A DNA stretch of 63,947 nucleotides, the filler included, from Malassezia furfur (lineage: Eukaryota), in the NCBI GenBank assembly GCA_052055015.1. It is 6 parts of 6 records of this genome, joined end to end, with 100 filler letters (N's around TTAATTAATTAA, not from the genome) between each part and the next. Parts side by side here need not be neighbours in the genome. Positions count along the whole stretch, not along the records: positions 43,589 to 54,272 come from JBQJIT010000389.1; positions 54,373 to 63,947 come from JBQJIT010000417.1; 4 more parts are not named here. One strand, given 5' to 3'. The position numbers and the translations under genes are program-made. The notes beneath the pieces are model-generated. The model worked only from the letters and a program-made list of their open reading frames with translations. It made no database searches and was not told the origin of the DNA. Below are positions 43,847-54,473 of the stretch, piece after piece (position 1 is the stretch's first letter; every line of letters begins with the position of its first letter).

Positions 43847-46078
43847 TTAACGGCCGACCGCGGAGTATTCCGAGTCGCACTGCTGGCCTTGGAGCGGCGA
43901 ACCCGAGCGCATGTAGCAGATGTTGGCCTTGCGGCACTTGGCCGAGGTGCATTTGCGGGCGATGGGGCTGAGACGCGACTGGTACTCGGAGAAGTAGGTC
44001 ACGAGCTCAGGACGCGCCTCCATCTCGTCGGTAAGCGCCGCCCAGAAGGTACCGTTGAGCGGCGCGTTGTCCGGCCAGCGGGTGCCGTTCAGCGTGACGC
44101 CTGCGCGGTAGTTGCCGTTGCCGACCGAACCGTAGAAGTTGCCATACGCGTCGCGCGCCGAGTACAGGTGGCGCCACACCGGTCCGTGGTTGAGCTTCTT
44201 GTTGATGAGGTCGTCGTACTCCGTGATCTGCGAGTAGTACTGGTCGTAATCCATCACCTCGTAAGTCTCCGGGTCGACGTGCATCACGCGGATCGCCGGG
44301 TTCAGCTTGATGTACGGGGTGATCGACGGGGCGATGAAGGCCTGCGCAACGGCGTTCTTGGTGCTGCGGTCGGCAGTGAGCGAGGCGCCGTTGTCGTTGA
44401 AGTAGAACAGCTGGAAGTGGTCCTCGTGCGTGTGGCCGAAGAAGATGTGAGCGAGCGTGTGCGGGGCGAAGCGGCTGACGATCTGGTAGAACAGGTTGCC
44501 TGGGCGGTTCAGGGCCTCCTCGCCGCTCCAGCCGGTGAGGACGTGACCGATGATCCACACGCGCTCGCCGGCCTCCTCGGCGGCGAGCAGCTCGTCGGTG
44601 AGGAAGCGCAGGTTGCCGCTCATGTCCGGGTTCTCCATGTTGATGTAGTTGTAGAAGTTGATGTAGTACCAGAAGTCGGTGTTGAGCGCAATGATGCGGA
44701 AGCCCTTGCGCGGCGAGATGGAGTAGGCGCCCTGGTGCGTGCGCACCTCGTTGGTCTGCTTCTTGTTCAGCCAGTTCTTCGAGGACCAGAGCTCCGCAAT
44801 GTACTCGACGTCCCATTGGTACTCGTTGCCCATGCCGTACGGCAGCGAGTCGGGAGCCATGATGTTCTCCGGCGAGGTGTCGTGGTTACCGAGCGACGGG
44901 ATGAGCGGTGTGTCGCCAAGGTAGTGCTTGAACATGTCGTAGATCGACTGCTCCGAGTACTCCACGAGATCGTGCGAGTAGCGGTACAGGTCGTCGTGCA
45001 CCACCAAGTCACCGGTGAAGATGGTAAAGTCCCAGCCGCGCTCCCCGCCAAGCTCCTTGAGCGCCTGGAACGAGTTGGCCATGAGCGACCAGGGCGTGTC
45101 GCACTCGAGGCTGCCCCAGTAGTTGGCCTTGTGCACAATGTCCGCGTCAGGCAGGCGACCGTGGACAAACTCGCCGTGGTACTTGGTAAGGTTGTAGCTG
45201 TTCACGCGGCAGCACGCGACCGTCTCACCGTAGGTGCAGTCGCTCTCGGTGCCGACCATGTAACGTCCGTCGAGGTGCAGGTCGGTCAAGTGCGGCACGC
45301 GCAGGAGCTGCGACTTGGGCGTCTTGGGCTGCGAGTCCTTGCGCTGCTTGATCTGAGCCCAGCGCTTGGTGACGTGCTTGGGCGCATGGCGCTTGCCGCG
45401 GAACCAGTTGTTCAAGAAGTCGTCCGAGAAGCGCTCCGAGGGCTTCGGGCAGAGGTTCAGCGCAGGGATCTGGCCACAGATGCCCTGCGCATCGATCGCG
45501 CCCTCGGTGAGGTTCGCAGCGCTGAGCACCTCGGTGATCGGACCGCCGTACACGGCCTTGCTCAGCGTGCGCTTGCACTCCTGCTTGTAGTTAAGCAGCG
45601 CGAACACGCCAAACGTGTCACAGATCGTGCCCATCACATCCGGCAGGATCTCGGGGTTGACGTGCGCAAGCTTCTGCAGCGTCGCGACACCAGACTTGCA
45701 CAGGTTGCACGACAGCGACGGGGGGTTGCTCTTGCTGAAGAGCTGGCCGGCGATGTTGAAGGCGTCGTTGACAAGCGCGTCGACCTGCTCCTTGCCGTGG
45801 AGCTTCGGGGGCATCAGCGCCTCGCTCGCAGGCGGCGCGGTGGGCAGCTGCGTCGGGTTGTTGAGCGAGTCAGGGAACACGCCGCCGTTCAGGCGCGAGA
45901 CCATCGGGCGCGGCTCCTGCTCCATGCTCTTGGGGGTATAGTACATCCCAGCGAACACTTCAGTGGGGAACGACTTGACACCGGTGTACACCGGCGTGCC
46001 TTGGCTCGGCTTGGCGCCCGCCTGCACGAGGCCAACGAGCACGGCGGCACAGGCGAGCAAACGCGTCACAGCGACCAT
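43847..46078 (-). CDS. Secreted acid sphingomyelinase-like metallophosphoesterase with saposin-like domain
   Basis: Signal peptide, Cys-rich saposin-like region, DLHLD, FTGDLVVHD, LGNHD, IIGHV, FFGHTH, PSITPY..LNP. Confidence 0.92.
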   Translation of the reverse strand: MVAVTRLLACAAVLVGLVQAGAKPSQGTPVYTGVKSFPTEVFAGMYYTPKSMEQEPRPMVSRLNGGVFPDSLNNPTQLPTAPPASEALMPPKLHGKEQVDALVNDAFNIAGQLFSKSNPPSLSCNLCKSGVATLQKLAHVNPEILPDVMGTICDTFGVFALLNYKQECKRTLSKAVYGGPITEVLSAANLTEGAIDAQGICGQIPALNLCPKPSERFSDDFLNNWFRGKRHAPKHVTKRWAQIKQRKDSQPKTPKSQLLRVPHLTDLHLDGRYMVGTESDCTYGETVACCRVNSYNLTKYHGEFVHGRLPDADIVHKANYWGSLECDTPWSLMANSFQALKELGGERGWDFTIFTGDLVVHDDLYRYSHDLVEYSEQSIYDMFKHYLGDTPLIPSLGNHDTSPENIMAPDSLPYGMGNEYQWDVEYIAELWSSKNWLNKKQTNEVRTHQGAYSISPRKGFRIIALNTDFWYYINFYNYINMENPDMSGNLRFLTDELLAAEEAGERVWIIGHVLTGWSGEEALNRPGNLFYQIVSRFAPHTLAHIFFGHTHEDHFQLFYFNDNGASLTADRSTKNAVAQAFIAPSITPYIKLNPAIRVMHVDPETYEVMDYDQYYSQITEYDDLINKKLNHGPVWRHLYSARDAYGNFYGSVGNGNYRAGVTLNGTRWPDNAPLNGTFWAALTDEMEARPELVTYFSEYQSRLSPIARKCTSAKCRKANICYMRSGSPLQGQQCDSEYSAVGR

Positions 46079-46647
46079 GAGGGTGAGGGCGATCCGTACC
46101 TGCGGTGGGGAGCTCGTCACCCGGCCCACACGCACATTTTATAAGCGGCCTGCGCCGGCGAGTGCGAATTCTACACGCCGGGGCTGCTATACCGGGCGCC
46201 TCCGCACCGCGGTCTCAACCGACATCCCCTCCACTCGCGCGCGGCGCATCCGGCACGTGTGCGCATGGAGTCAGCGGGGTCGAAATGAAACTGCATGAAC
46301 GTGCATATTCATCATTAGCTGACCAATCCGAAGCACGATAGGCGGCCGCTTCGCGGCGCACGCGTGCGCATCATGTCAACGCACACGACACTAGCTCGCT
46401 CCTGGGCCACATCCGCTGCAGGACCCGTGTACCGCGGCAAAAGGCTCACCGCGGCGCAGCACGCTTGCCCCGTACCCGTAGATGCTACAGATGATGAATG
46501 TCTAAGTGTGTAAACACGCCAAGAATTGCACGCGACAGCCTGCCGGACGCGGTCGCGCAGGTGGCACGTCCTTGCAACAGAGCACGTGCGGCCCCTCGGC
46601 GCAACGGCCCCGCGTAGGGGGCCGTGCGCGATCGGCACACGACAGGC

Positions 46648-49480
46648 CTACTTGCGCTTGCGCGACGGGCGCGCATTCTTCTCCTTGCGCTTCGCCTTGG
46701 TCTCGCGCTCGCGCTGGATCTGCTGTGCGCTCTTGAGCTCGTTGTGTGCCGGCCGCGGCGCGCCGGCCGCACGGCCCTCGCGCTGCTTGAGCTTGCGTTT
46801 GTAGTCGTACTGAGTTTTGTCGATCGGTTTGGGCGCCTTGGTCTGCGTGTGGTGGAAGCCACGGTGACGATGCGTCGGCGCACCGTCGCGCGCCGACGCG
46901 GCAATACGCCGTGCCGACGCCGGCATTGTGCTTTCGTCCTCGCCGACACGCGGCATATCCACACGCTGCTCCTTGCGCCACTCGTCGTAGCGTCCTGACC
47001 GGAACGAGGCGGGCAGTTTGAGGCCGGTTTCCGTGCGGATGAGCTTTTGGTTGTCGGCGCCCGTCCCGTCGCCCTTGATAAACTTCTTCTTCTTGGTGTC
47101 CCAGCGCGTCTGGTTCGGCCGCTGGTTCGCATGGCCTGGGCCGACGTCATCGCCGCCGAGGTCCACCGCGACATGCTTCGCCTGCTCGGCAAACGAGCCG
47201 TTGAGAGAGTAGCCGCGGTCCTCATCCGCGCCCTCCTGCACGTAGCCCATGTAAAAGTTGGGGTCGCGGAACGTCTTCTTCTTGCCGGTGTCAAACACGG
47301 CCTCAATCTCGGCTTCGTCCGCGTCGCTGGCCTCGCCGGCCTCCGCGACGGTGTCCATCGGGGCGTGCGTTTTGGCCTCCTCGATGACACGTGCGCGGCG
47401 CTGCTTGCCGTCGAGCGTGCGCCGCCGGTCCTGCATGAGCTGCGCCAGCGGCGCGTTCGGTCCGCGTGCGCCCACCTCAAACACCGTCTCGCCCGGGCGG
47501 AACGCGTTGATCTTGGCAAGCAGCGATGCGCGCGCGGACGACAATGGGTCGTCGTGCACGCGCTCGGCGCCATCGTCGCCTGTGCCGACGTGGTACAGGC
47601 TCGGGCGCTTGAGCACGTCGTGGATGCCAGCGGCCTCCAGCGGGTGGCCAGCGAGTGCCCAGCCTTGGGCGGCATGGCCGGTGATGGAGCTGCGCTCCGC
47701 ATCCTTGAGCATGTCCTTGGCGCGCCGGAACGACTCTTGGCTTGCCTTGGGCTGCGACTTGACGTACATGTTGTGCGCACGCTTCACAACCGGCACAAGC
47801 GCATCGTAGGCGGTCGCGACGCTCGACGACGCATGCATCGCCTGCTTCACGCGCTCGACCTCCTCATCGAGCTCTTCGCGGGGGAAAGTACCAAGCACCA
47901 TGGCCGTGTGCAAATCGAGCGGACCCTCGGCCTGCTGCGTGTGTGAAGAGACGAGCGGGCGTGCGAGGAAGAGCTGCAGGTCGCATAGGTACGCCAGCTC
48001 TGTGGGCGTGACCAGATTCCACGCCCATCCGCGGCGCCCAGCACGCGCCGTACGTCCGACACGGTGCACAAAGATGCGCGGCTGCGGGGGAAAGTCGTAG
48101 TTCACCACATGCTCGAGCACCGGCAAGTCAATGCCGCGGGCGGCCAAGTCGGTGACGATCAGCAGTGACGTGCGTCCCGTGCGGAAACGGTTCATCTGGA
48201 TTGCACGTGCAGTCTGATCAAGCGACGAGTAGATGTGCGAGCATGCGTACCCAACCGTAGTGAGGAGGAGCAAGAGGTACTCGACGTGGTGCTTCGTTGC
48301 GCAAAAGATGATCGTCTGGTACGGCTGGAGATCCGGTGCGGCGCCCTTTCGCCGCTTGCTGCGCGGCGCGCGCGCCTTGCGCTTGCGCTTGCCCCCTGCC
48401 TCCTCGTCGTCGTCCTCATCGTCCTCGTCGTCCTCGTCATCGGCCGGGTCGCCGACCTCCCCGAGCGGCACATTGATGATGTGCCGAAGCAGGAGAAGGA
48501 GCGCCGCCTCTTTCTCGGACGGCTTCACGCTGAAGAACGCCATACGCAGCTCGGGGCTGATTTTGCTGTCCGCATCGAGACGGATCAGTTTGGGGTTCGC
48601 GTCGAGACCGGCGCGCGCAAACTCGACGAGCGTCTTGGGCAGTGTCGCACTGAACAGCAACGTCTGGCGCGTCGGCGGCAGGCGGCGCAGTAGCTCCTCC
48701 AGCTGCTCGGCAAAGCCCATCTCGAACAGACGGTCGGCCTCGTCGAACACGACGTACTCGACCGCCTTGAGGTCCAAATTCATCTCGACCACCAGGTGGA
48801 GCATTCGCCCGGGCGTCGCAATCACCACGTCAGGATTGCCTGCCATGATGGCAAACTGCTGGTCAAGCGATTCACCACCGACGATGAGTGCCCACCGGAT
48901 CGCCTCGCTGCGCGCCTCGTCGTCCGAGCGCCAGCCGCGCGCAATGTCCTTGCCGACCTTGAGGATCTGCATCGCCAGCTCGCGCGACGGGCACAGAATC
49001 ACCGACTTGACACCAAACGTGCTGGAGTGGCGTCCGTTGAGCCGTTGAATGAGCGGCACAATATACGAAAGCGTTTTGCCGCTACCCGTGCGCGCCATGC
49101 CCACCACATCCTGCGGCGGCTGAGCAAGGATCGCCGGAATGGCCCGGCGCTGAATCGGCGTCGGCGTCGTAAAGCCGCGCAGGAGCAGCGAGCGTAGCAA
49201 CGAAGGATGCAGGCCTGTGTGAGTCGCGTCACGTACCCATGCTCTGGAAACTACCACCGCCCGTCGTGACGCCGCTGGCGGTCTTGGACGCCTTGCCCTT
49301 GGCCTTTTGCGCCTGCTTCGCGACCTCGGTGCCTGCCTTGACGTTGCGCCGCTGCGACGCCTCGGCAATGAACGCGGCATCATCGTCGCTGTCCTCCTTC
49401 GCAGGCGCCGCGCCACGCTTTGGCGCGATCGGCGGCGCCGCGACCGGGTCGCCCACCAAAAAGTCGATCTCCGCCGGCAT
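46648..49480 (-). CDS. DBP10: DEAD-box RNA helicase Dbp10 (intron 49215-49236)
   Basis: GGSFQSMGL, GMARTGSGKT, FDEADRLFEMGF, ATKHHVEYL, HRVGRTARAG and DBP10 C-terminal WDTKKKKF...LPASFRSGRYDEW. Confidence 0.95.
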
Positions 49481-49537
49481 GCAGGTGGCTCGCCAAAAAA
49501 AAGTGGAGATCACGTGGAGTGCGTCCTTCTCGACGCC

Positions 49538-51220
49538 ATGGCTTTGCGTGCGGTGCGGCGTCTGGCGCCGCTGCTCGCGCAGAGCGTCGCGCCGGCGCAC
49601 ACACCTGGGCCTGTACGCATAGGGCAGACGTATGCTGTGGTGCACACGGTGCTTGCGCTTGTGTCGCTCGTGCAGCCGACGCTTCCTGGCCCATCGACGC
49701 GGCCGGATGCCAGTCAGGCACTGGCGTCGGTTGCTCTGGACGCCGTGCGTGCCCACGACCTTGCGCACGCCGCCGAGTCGCTCGGCGCAATGGCCGATCT
49801 TGCGGCTACCAATTCGGACTGCGCGGACGACGCCGAAGTGCGCGCCGCGCTAAAACGCGGCATCTTTGCCCTAGCCAGTGCGACGCGCCAAACAGGCACC
49901 TATACCATGCACCCTGCCCTGGCACTTGCGTCCGTGTACGACCGGTGTCGCGCAGCCGGCATTGTGCTTCCACATGGCACGTTTGCCAGTATCATCGGGG
50001 CTATGGCTCGCGTGCTTCCGAGCGAGACCCTCGTCGACGTTCTCGATGTGCTCCACCCCGACTTCCTTGCGCAGCCGCCCGGCGACGAGAGCGGGCTGTG
50101 TGCTCTGATTTCCGCATACGGACGTGCAGGATACCCTGAACGTGGCGAGATGCTCGTGGCCGCGTACGCGCAGCGCGGCGTCGATCCTTTGGCAAGCTCC
50201 TTTCGAGCGCTGGCGCTACAGCAAAAATCCCAATATCCGCTTGCGGCCGCTTACCTCGTACAGTGCCGCGGGCAACGTGCTGCACGCATGCCACGCGACG
50301 TACAGGTCGGCGCGTGGTGCCGCTCGGCGGCTGTATGGAACGCGCTTGTCCGTGCGCGCATCGTCGCCGGCGACGTCGGCGCCGCCCACCTTTGGCTCGA
50401 GCGGTACCGTTTGCTGCTGCATGTAAAGCATCCGTGCCGCCCGCCACGCACTGCATCGCCGTACCTGACGTTGATGCATGCGTGCTCGTCGGGCCCTGGT
50501 ATTCGGGCGTTCTTTGAGCAGAGCACCGAGGCGACGCGGCGCATGCTCCGCCGGCGCGCCTCGGCCGCTGAGGCGCCATTCCGCTCCGCGGCGGTGCATG
50601 CGCTGCTGCGATGCATGCACACCGACAGCGTTGTGCCCGGTGTCGCGATGCTCAACTTTCTCACGAGCTTTGAGGCAGGTCGCGGGCGTTTGGCGCCGGC
50701 CGCGCAGTTTGCCGTGCAGGCGCTGGGGGTGCCGTGGGCGGCGCACCAGTACCGCGTGCATGTTACAACGTACGCTGCGCTGTTTACGGTGCATGCTGCA
50801 GGGAGAGAAGGGGGTGCGGCGCTGCGTGCGGCGCTTGCGGCCGGTGGTGCGCGGCTGGCGCCCTGGTCGGGGCTCGCCACGCCCCGTGGCGTCTTGGCGT
50901 CGTGTGTGCAGACGCTGCGTGCGCTGAGCGCGGCGCCCCGTGCGGCATTCGTTGCGCGGTACGGGACGCATCTCCTCAACAGTGCACTGGATGCGCTGCT
51001 GACGGCGTCCGACGTGCCGGCGGCGCTGTATGCCTTGCAGACGTTGGAGTCGCTTGGCGTGGCGCGCGATATGTACACGTATGCCTGCATCTGGCGGCAC
51101 CTGCCGATGCGCGGCACGGTGGAGGACGCGCTGGCGCAGGCGATTGAGGCGCAGGCACCGGATACCCCGGACGCGGTGGGCGAGGCGCTGACGACCGTTG
51201 CGCGTGCGGTAGAGCTATAG
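49538..51220 (+). CDS. PPR-like helical-repeat protein, probably mitochondrial
   Basis: Presequence MALRAVRRLAP and PPR-like units ALISAYGRAG, WNALVRARIVAGD, LGVARDMYTYACI. Confidence 0.6.
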   Translation: MALRAVRRLAPLLAQSVAPAHTPGPVRIGQTYAVVHTVLALVSLVQPTLPGPSTRPDASQALASVALDAVRAHDLAHAAESLGAMADLAATNSDCADDAEVRAALKRGIFALASATRQTGTYTMHPALALASVYDRCRAAGIVLPHGTFASIIGAMARVLPSETLVDVLDVLHPDFLAQPPGDESGLCALISAYGRAGYPERGEMLVAAYAQRGVDPLASSFRALALQQKSQYPLAAAYLVQCRGQRAARMPRDVQVGAWCRSAAVWNALVRARIVAGDVGAAHLWLERYRLLLHVKHPCRPPRTASPYLTLMHACSSGPGIRAFFEQSTEATRRMLRRRASAAEAPFRSAAVHALLRCMHTDSVVPGVAMLNFLTSFEAGRGRLAPAAQFAVQALGVPWAAHQYRVHVTTYAALFTVHAAGREGGAALRAALAAGGARLAPWSGLATPRGVLASCVQTLRALSAAPRAAFVARYGTHLLNSALDALLTASDVPAALYALQTLESLGVARDMYTYACIWRHLPMRGTVEDALAQAIEAQAPDTPDAVGEALTTVARAVEL

Positions 51221-51241
51221 AGGGTATCGACACGGGGGGTA

Positions 51242-52227
51242 TCACAGAAAGTACTCGATTGCCTCGCTCTGCGGTGAGTCATGCGGACGTACGCGGGGCT
51301 GGCTCGCCTGCAGCGGCCCGTCGTGCTCGTTTTCTGGTGCGGCCTCAAACGTATTAAAGTGGCGCGAGCCGTCCGTGCCGACCTCGAGGATCGACGCGAG
51401 GTTGCCGCAGCGGTAGCAGTAGTTCGGTGCGGACCACACCGTGCTGAGTCGGTCGTCGTAGAGCACGCTGTACCCTTCCATGCAGAGTTGGTGTGCCCGC
51501 AAAATATGGTTCATGTTGTTCATCTCAAGGAAGTGCTTCACCACCGACGCGCCAAACGTATACCCAGCGCCGCGCGGGGAGATGGCAAACTCTTCCTTGT
51601 CCGGGTCCGGGTCGGACCACACGAGGTCGGCCATGGGTCCCTCGTGCGGGATCTCGCGGAAGCGGTCGATGATCTTGATCTGGTCGATGTAGTGGACCGA
51701 AGGCGACAGGCCGCCGTGCAGGCAAAAGATCCGATCGTCGATCACCACCGAGAGCGTGAGGAAGTCAAACATGTCGGTGAAGTAGTGCCACACGTTCGAG
51801 TCGGGGTATTTGCGCATGCACTCGGCGTAGAAGCCGTACGTTTGCGTCACCGCGCGGCTCTCGTGGTTGCCACGCACGAGCTGAATGCGGTGTGGGTAGC
51901 GCAGCTTCAGGCAGGTGAGCAGCGAGATGGTCTCGACGGACGACAGGCCGCGGTCGACATAGTCGCCGAGGAACAGGTAGTTGGTGTTGGGCGCGTCGCC
52001 GCCGATGCGGAAGATCTCGAGTAGGTCGTAGAATTGGCTGTGCGTCAGCAGTACCCCACTTACCCGTGAATGTCGCCGACGACGGTGACGGGCGCGCTGA
52101 TGTGCACTACGTTGCTCTCCTGCATGAGCAGCTCCTTGGTCTTCTCGCAGATCTCCTTGAGCAGTGTATCAACGAGAAGCTGCTTGTTGAGCAGCTTCTC
52201 GATACACGCATCCAAGTCCAACGCCAT
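51242..52227 (-). CDS. PPG1: PP2A-like Ser/Thr phosphatase catalytic subunit, Ppg1-type (two short introns)
   Basis: [43 protein letters not shown] and C-terminal EYFL. Confidence 0.85.
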
Positions 52228-52274
52228 GGCCGCAGGCGGAGGGGGGATGCTGACTCAGCTTGCGAAGCTCGACG

Positions 52275-53170
52275 ATGGACGCCCGGACGCGTGCGGTGCA
52301 CTCGATTGTGCTCGAGGACCCCGAGCTGGACTTTGCGCCCTTCCCCCCGGTCAAGTCACAGCTGGTCGTGTTCGACTTTGACTGGTCGCTCGCGGATCAG
52401 GACACGGACCGATGGGTGCATGAGGTGCTCTCGCCGCGGCTCCGCATTGAGTTTGTGGAGCGCAAGCCGACGATGCAGTTTACCGACATGTGGTGCGTAG
52501 CACGCTTCTGATTCAGTGCCTACCTGCTTGAGGAGCTTCACAAGGAGGGACGCACGCGCCAGGAGCTCGAGGACGCGCTGCGCCAGATGCCGATCGTACG
52601 TCGTGTGACTCACCCCACAGCACCCCGCGATGCTCCGCGGCGTCCGCTGGCTGGGCGCGCAGTCGGTGCCCCACACCGATTTTTTCCTGCTGTCGAACTC
52701 GAATGAGGTGTATATCCACACGATTCTCGCGCACCAGGGCATGCTCGAGCCGCCCGTGTTCCGTGAGATTGTGACGAACCCCGCCTCGTTCACCGAGAGT
52801 GGCCTGCTACGGCTGCGCCGGCGCATTGCGCCGGATGGGCCGCAGCACACGTGCACGGTGGGGTGCAGTGCCAACATGTGCAAAGGTGAGTCTACTGAAC
52901 CTGCGAAACTGACGCGCAGGCGACGAGCTCGACGCGTTCCGTGCGCGGCACGCCGAGGAGCACTACGAGCGCATTGTGTACGTGGGCGACGGCGGCAACG
53001 ACTACTGCCCGATCCTACGCCTGGGCCCGAACGATGTCGCGCTCGTGCGGCGGCACCGTGGCCTTGCCCAGCGCATCCTGAACGAGGGCAATGTGCGCTG
53101 CACGGTGCGCTACTGGTCCGGCGCGTGGGAGGCCGAGCAGCTCCTGCGCGCGCTTGGTGCGACTGCGTGA
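52275..53170 (+). CDS. HAD phosphatase, PHOSPHO1/2 (pyridoxal-phosphate phosphatase-like), three short introns
   Basis: VFDFDWSL, LSNSN..YI..IL, TNPA, CSANMCKG, YVGDGGNDYCP. Confidence 0.88.
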
Positions 53171-53448
53171 TCGGACCTATCGCCCCTCCCCTGCCGGCGA
53201 CGCACGCGCGACACGCTGCACGCATGCAGTCGGCACGTGGCTTGGACCGGTCGGGGGCGTGTGGGCGCGCGAGACCCAAGGGGCGTGCAGATTGGCCATA
53301 GGCGCGCGTTCGGGCAAAAAAACCCTCGTGGCCTAGTGAAGACACACGCTCATTTCCAGCCGCCGCGGCCACATCGTAGCCTTTGCGAAGCGCTCGCCGC
53401 AACCCAAAAAAAATACTGGTCTCAGGACTCGCCGGGAGACGCGATACG

Positions 53449-54272
53449 ATGAGCAATGCGGACTCGGGCCGAGGCGGGTCGCATGCCGATGTCTCGCAGG
53501 CGTCGGCCATGTCCGTCGACGCAGAGCACGCCGACAAGCGCCGCGCGAACCCGTTGAGTGAGTTGATCACGACCGAGGTGCGCTACGTCGCAGAGCTCAG
53601 TATGATCATCCGCCGCGTTGCGGGGGCGTGGTCTCCGACCAACTTCCCCCCGCCCGAGCTTGATGCCATGTTTCGCGCCATCGAAGTCGTGTTTCGCACC
53701 AACAACACGTTCCTGCGCTCCTTGCAGGAGATTGGGCCGAACCCCAGCTCGCCCAAGGGTCTGGGCAACCTGCTCATGCAATGGATCGGCAACCTGTACA
53801 CGCCGTACAAGCAGTACTGTTCCGTGTACTGCACGCAGCTCGACACCTGGGCGCCCATCGTCCAAAACCGCGAGCTGCCGCCGATCCTCGCGCAGGCGTC
53901 GCGCGATATACCTCGCTCCACCGCAAGCGACGCAGGCAGCGCGCCGGCATGGACGCTCGACGCGCTCTTTGCGCTGCCCATCGCGCGGCTGCGCTTCTAC
54001 AAAAAGCTGTACGCCCGCCTGCTGCGCAGCACCCAGCCAGGCCGCTCGGACCACGACCTGCTGTTGAGCGCCAATGAGCGGCTCGACGCACTGTTGGACC
54101 TTGCGCAGCAGCGCGGGAGCGTCGCCAGCGGCGCGCAAAAGGCGGCGCCCGCGGCGCCGGCTGCCCCTGCCGGCCCTGGTGCCCCTGGTGCCCCTGGTGC
54201 CCCTGCCGCGGCGTCGGTACCGAAGCCTGCGCCGCCGATCGGTACGGCGTCGCCCGTGGCCAACGGCGTGGC
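53449..54272 (+). CDS. Dbl-homology (RhoGEF-like) domain protein, 5' part
   Basis: LSELITTEVRYVAEL, YKQYC and LDALFALPIARLRFYKKLYARLLRST. Truncated by contig end. Confidence 0.8.
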
Positions 54273-54372
54273 NNNNNNNNNNNNNNNNNNNNNNNNNNNN
54301 NNNNNNNNNNNNNNNNTTAATTAATTAANNNNNNNNNNNNNNNNNNNNNNNNNNNNNNNNNNNNNNNNNNNN
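54273..54372. other. Artificial contig spacer
   Basis: 44 N + TTAATTAATTAA + 44 N. Confidence 0.98.
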
Positions 54373-54473
54373 AGGGAGCGTGCAGGCCAGAGGCAGGTGG
54401 AGGTGGGGGGTCCCAGGCGCGGCCGCTCGGCCAGAACGCGGCAGGCGCGCCGCGGGCAGGGGCCTATCGTACA

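Noticed and set aside
43670..46144. Long antisense ORFs (also 23574-25379, 25421-27016, 36736-38517, 55548-57080)
   Set aside because: Expected from high GC3 codon bias opposite real genes. No recognisable motifs.
54163..54207. 9-bp GCCCCTGGT repeat
   Set aside because: Ordinary low-complexity APG linker in the DH-domain protein.
10871..54372. Periodic TTAATTAATTAA palindromes about every 10.8 kb
   Set aside because: Each is flanked by exactly 44 N per side and contig lengths decrease monotonically. It is an assembly concatenation linker, not biology.
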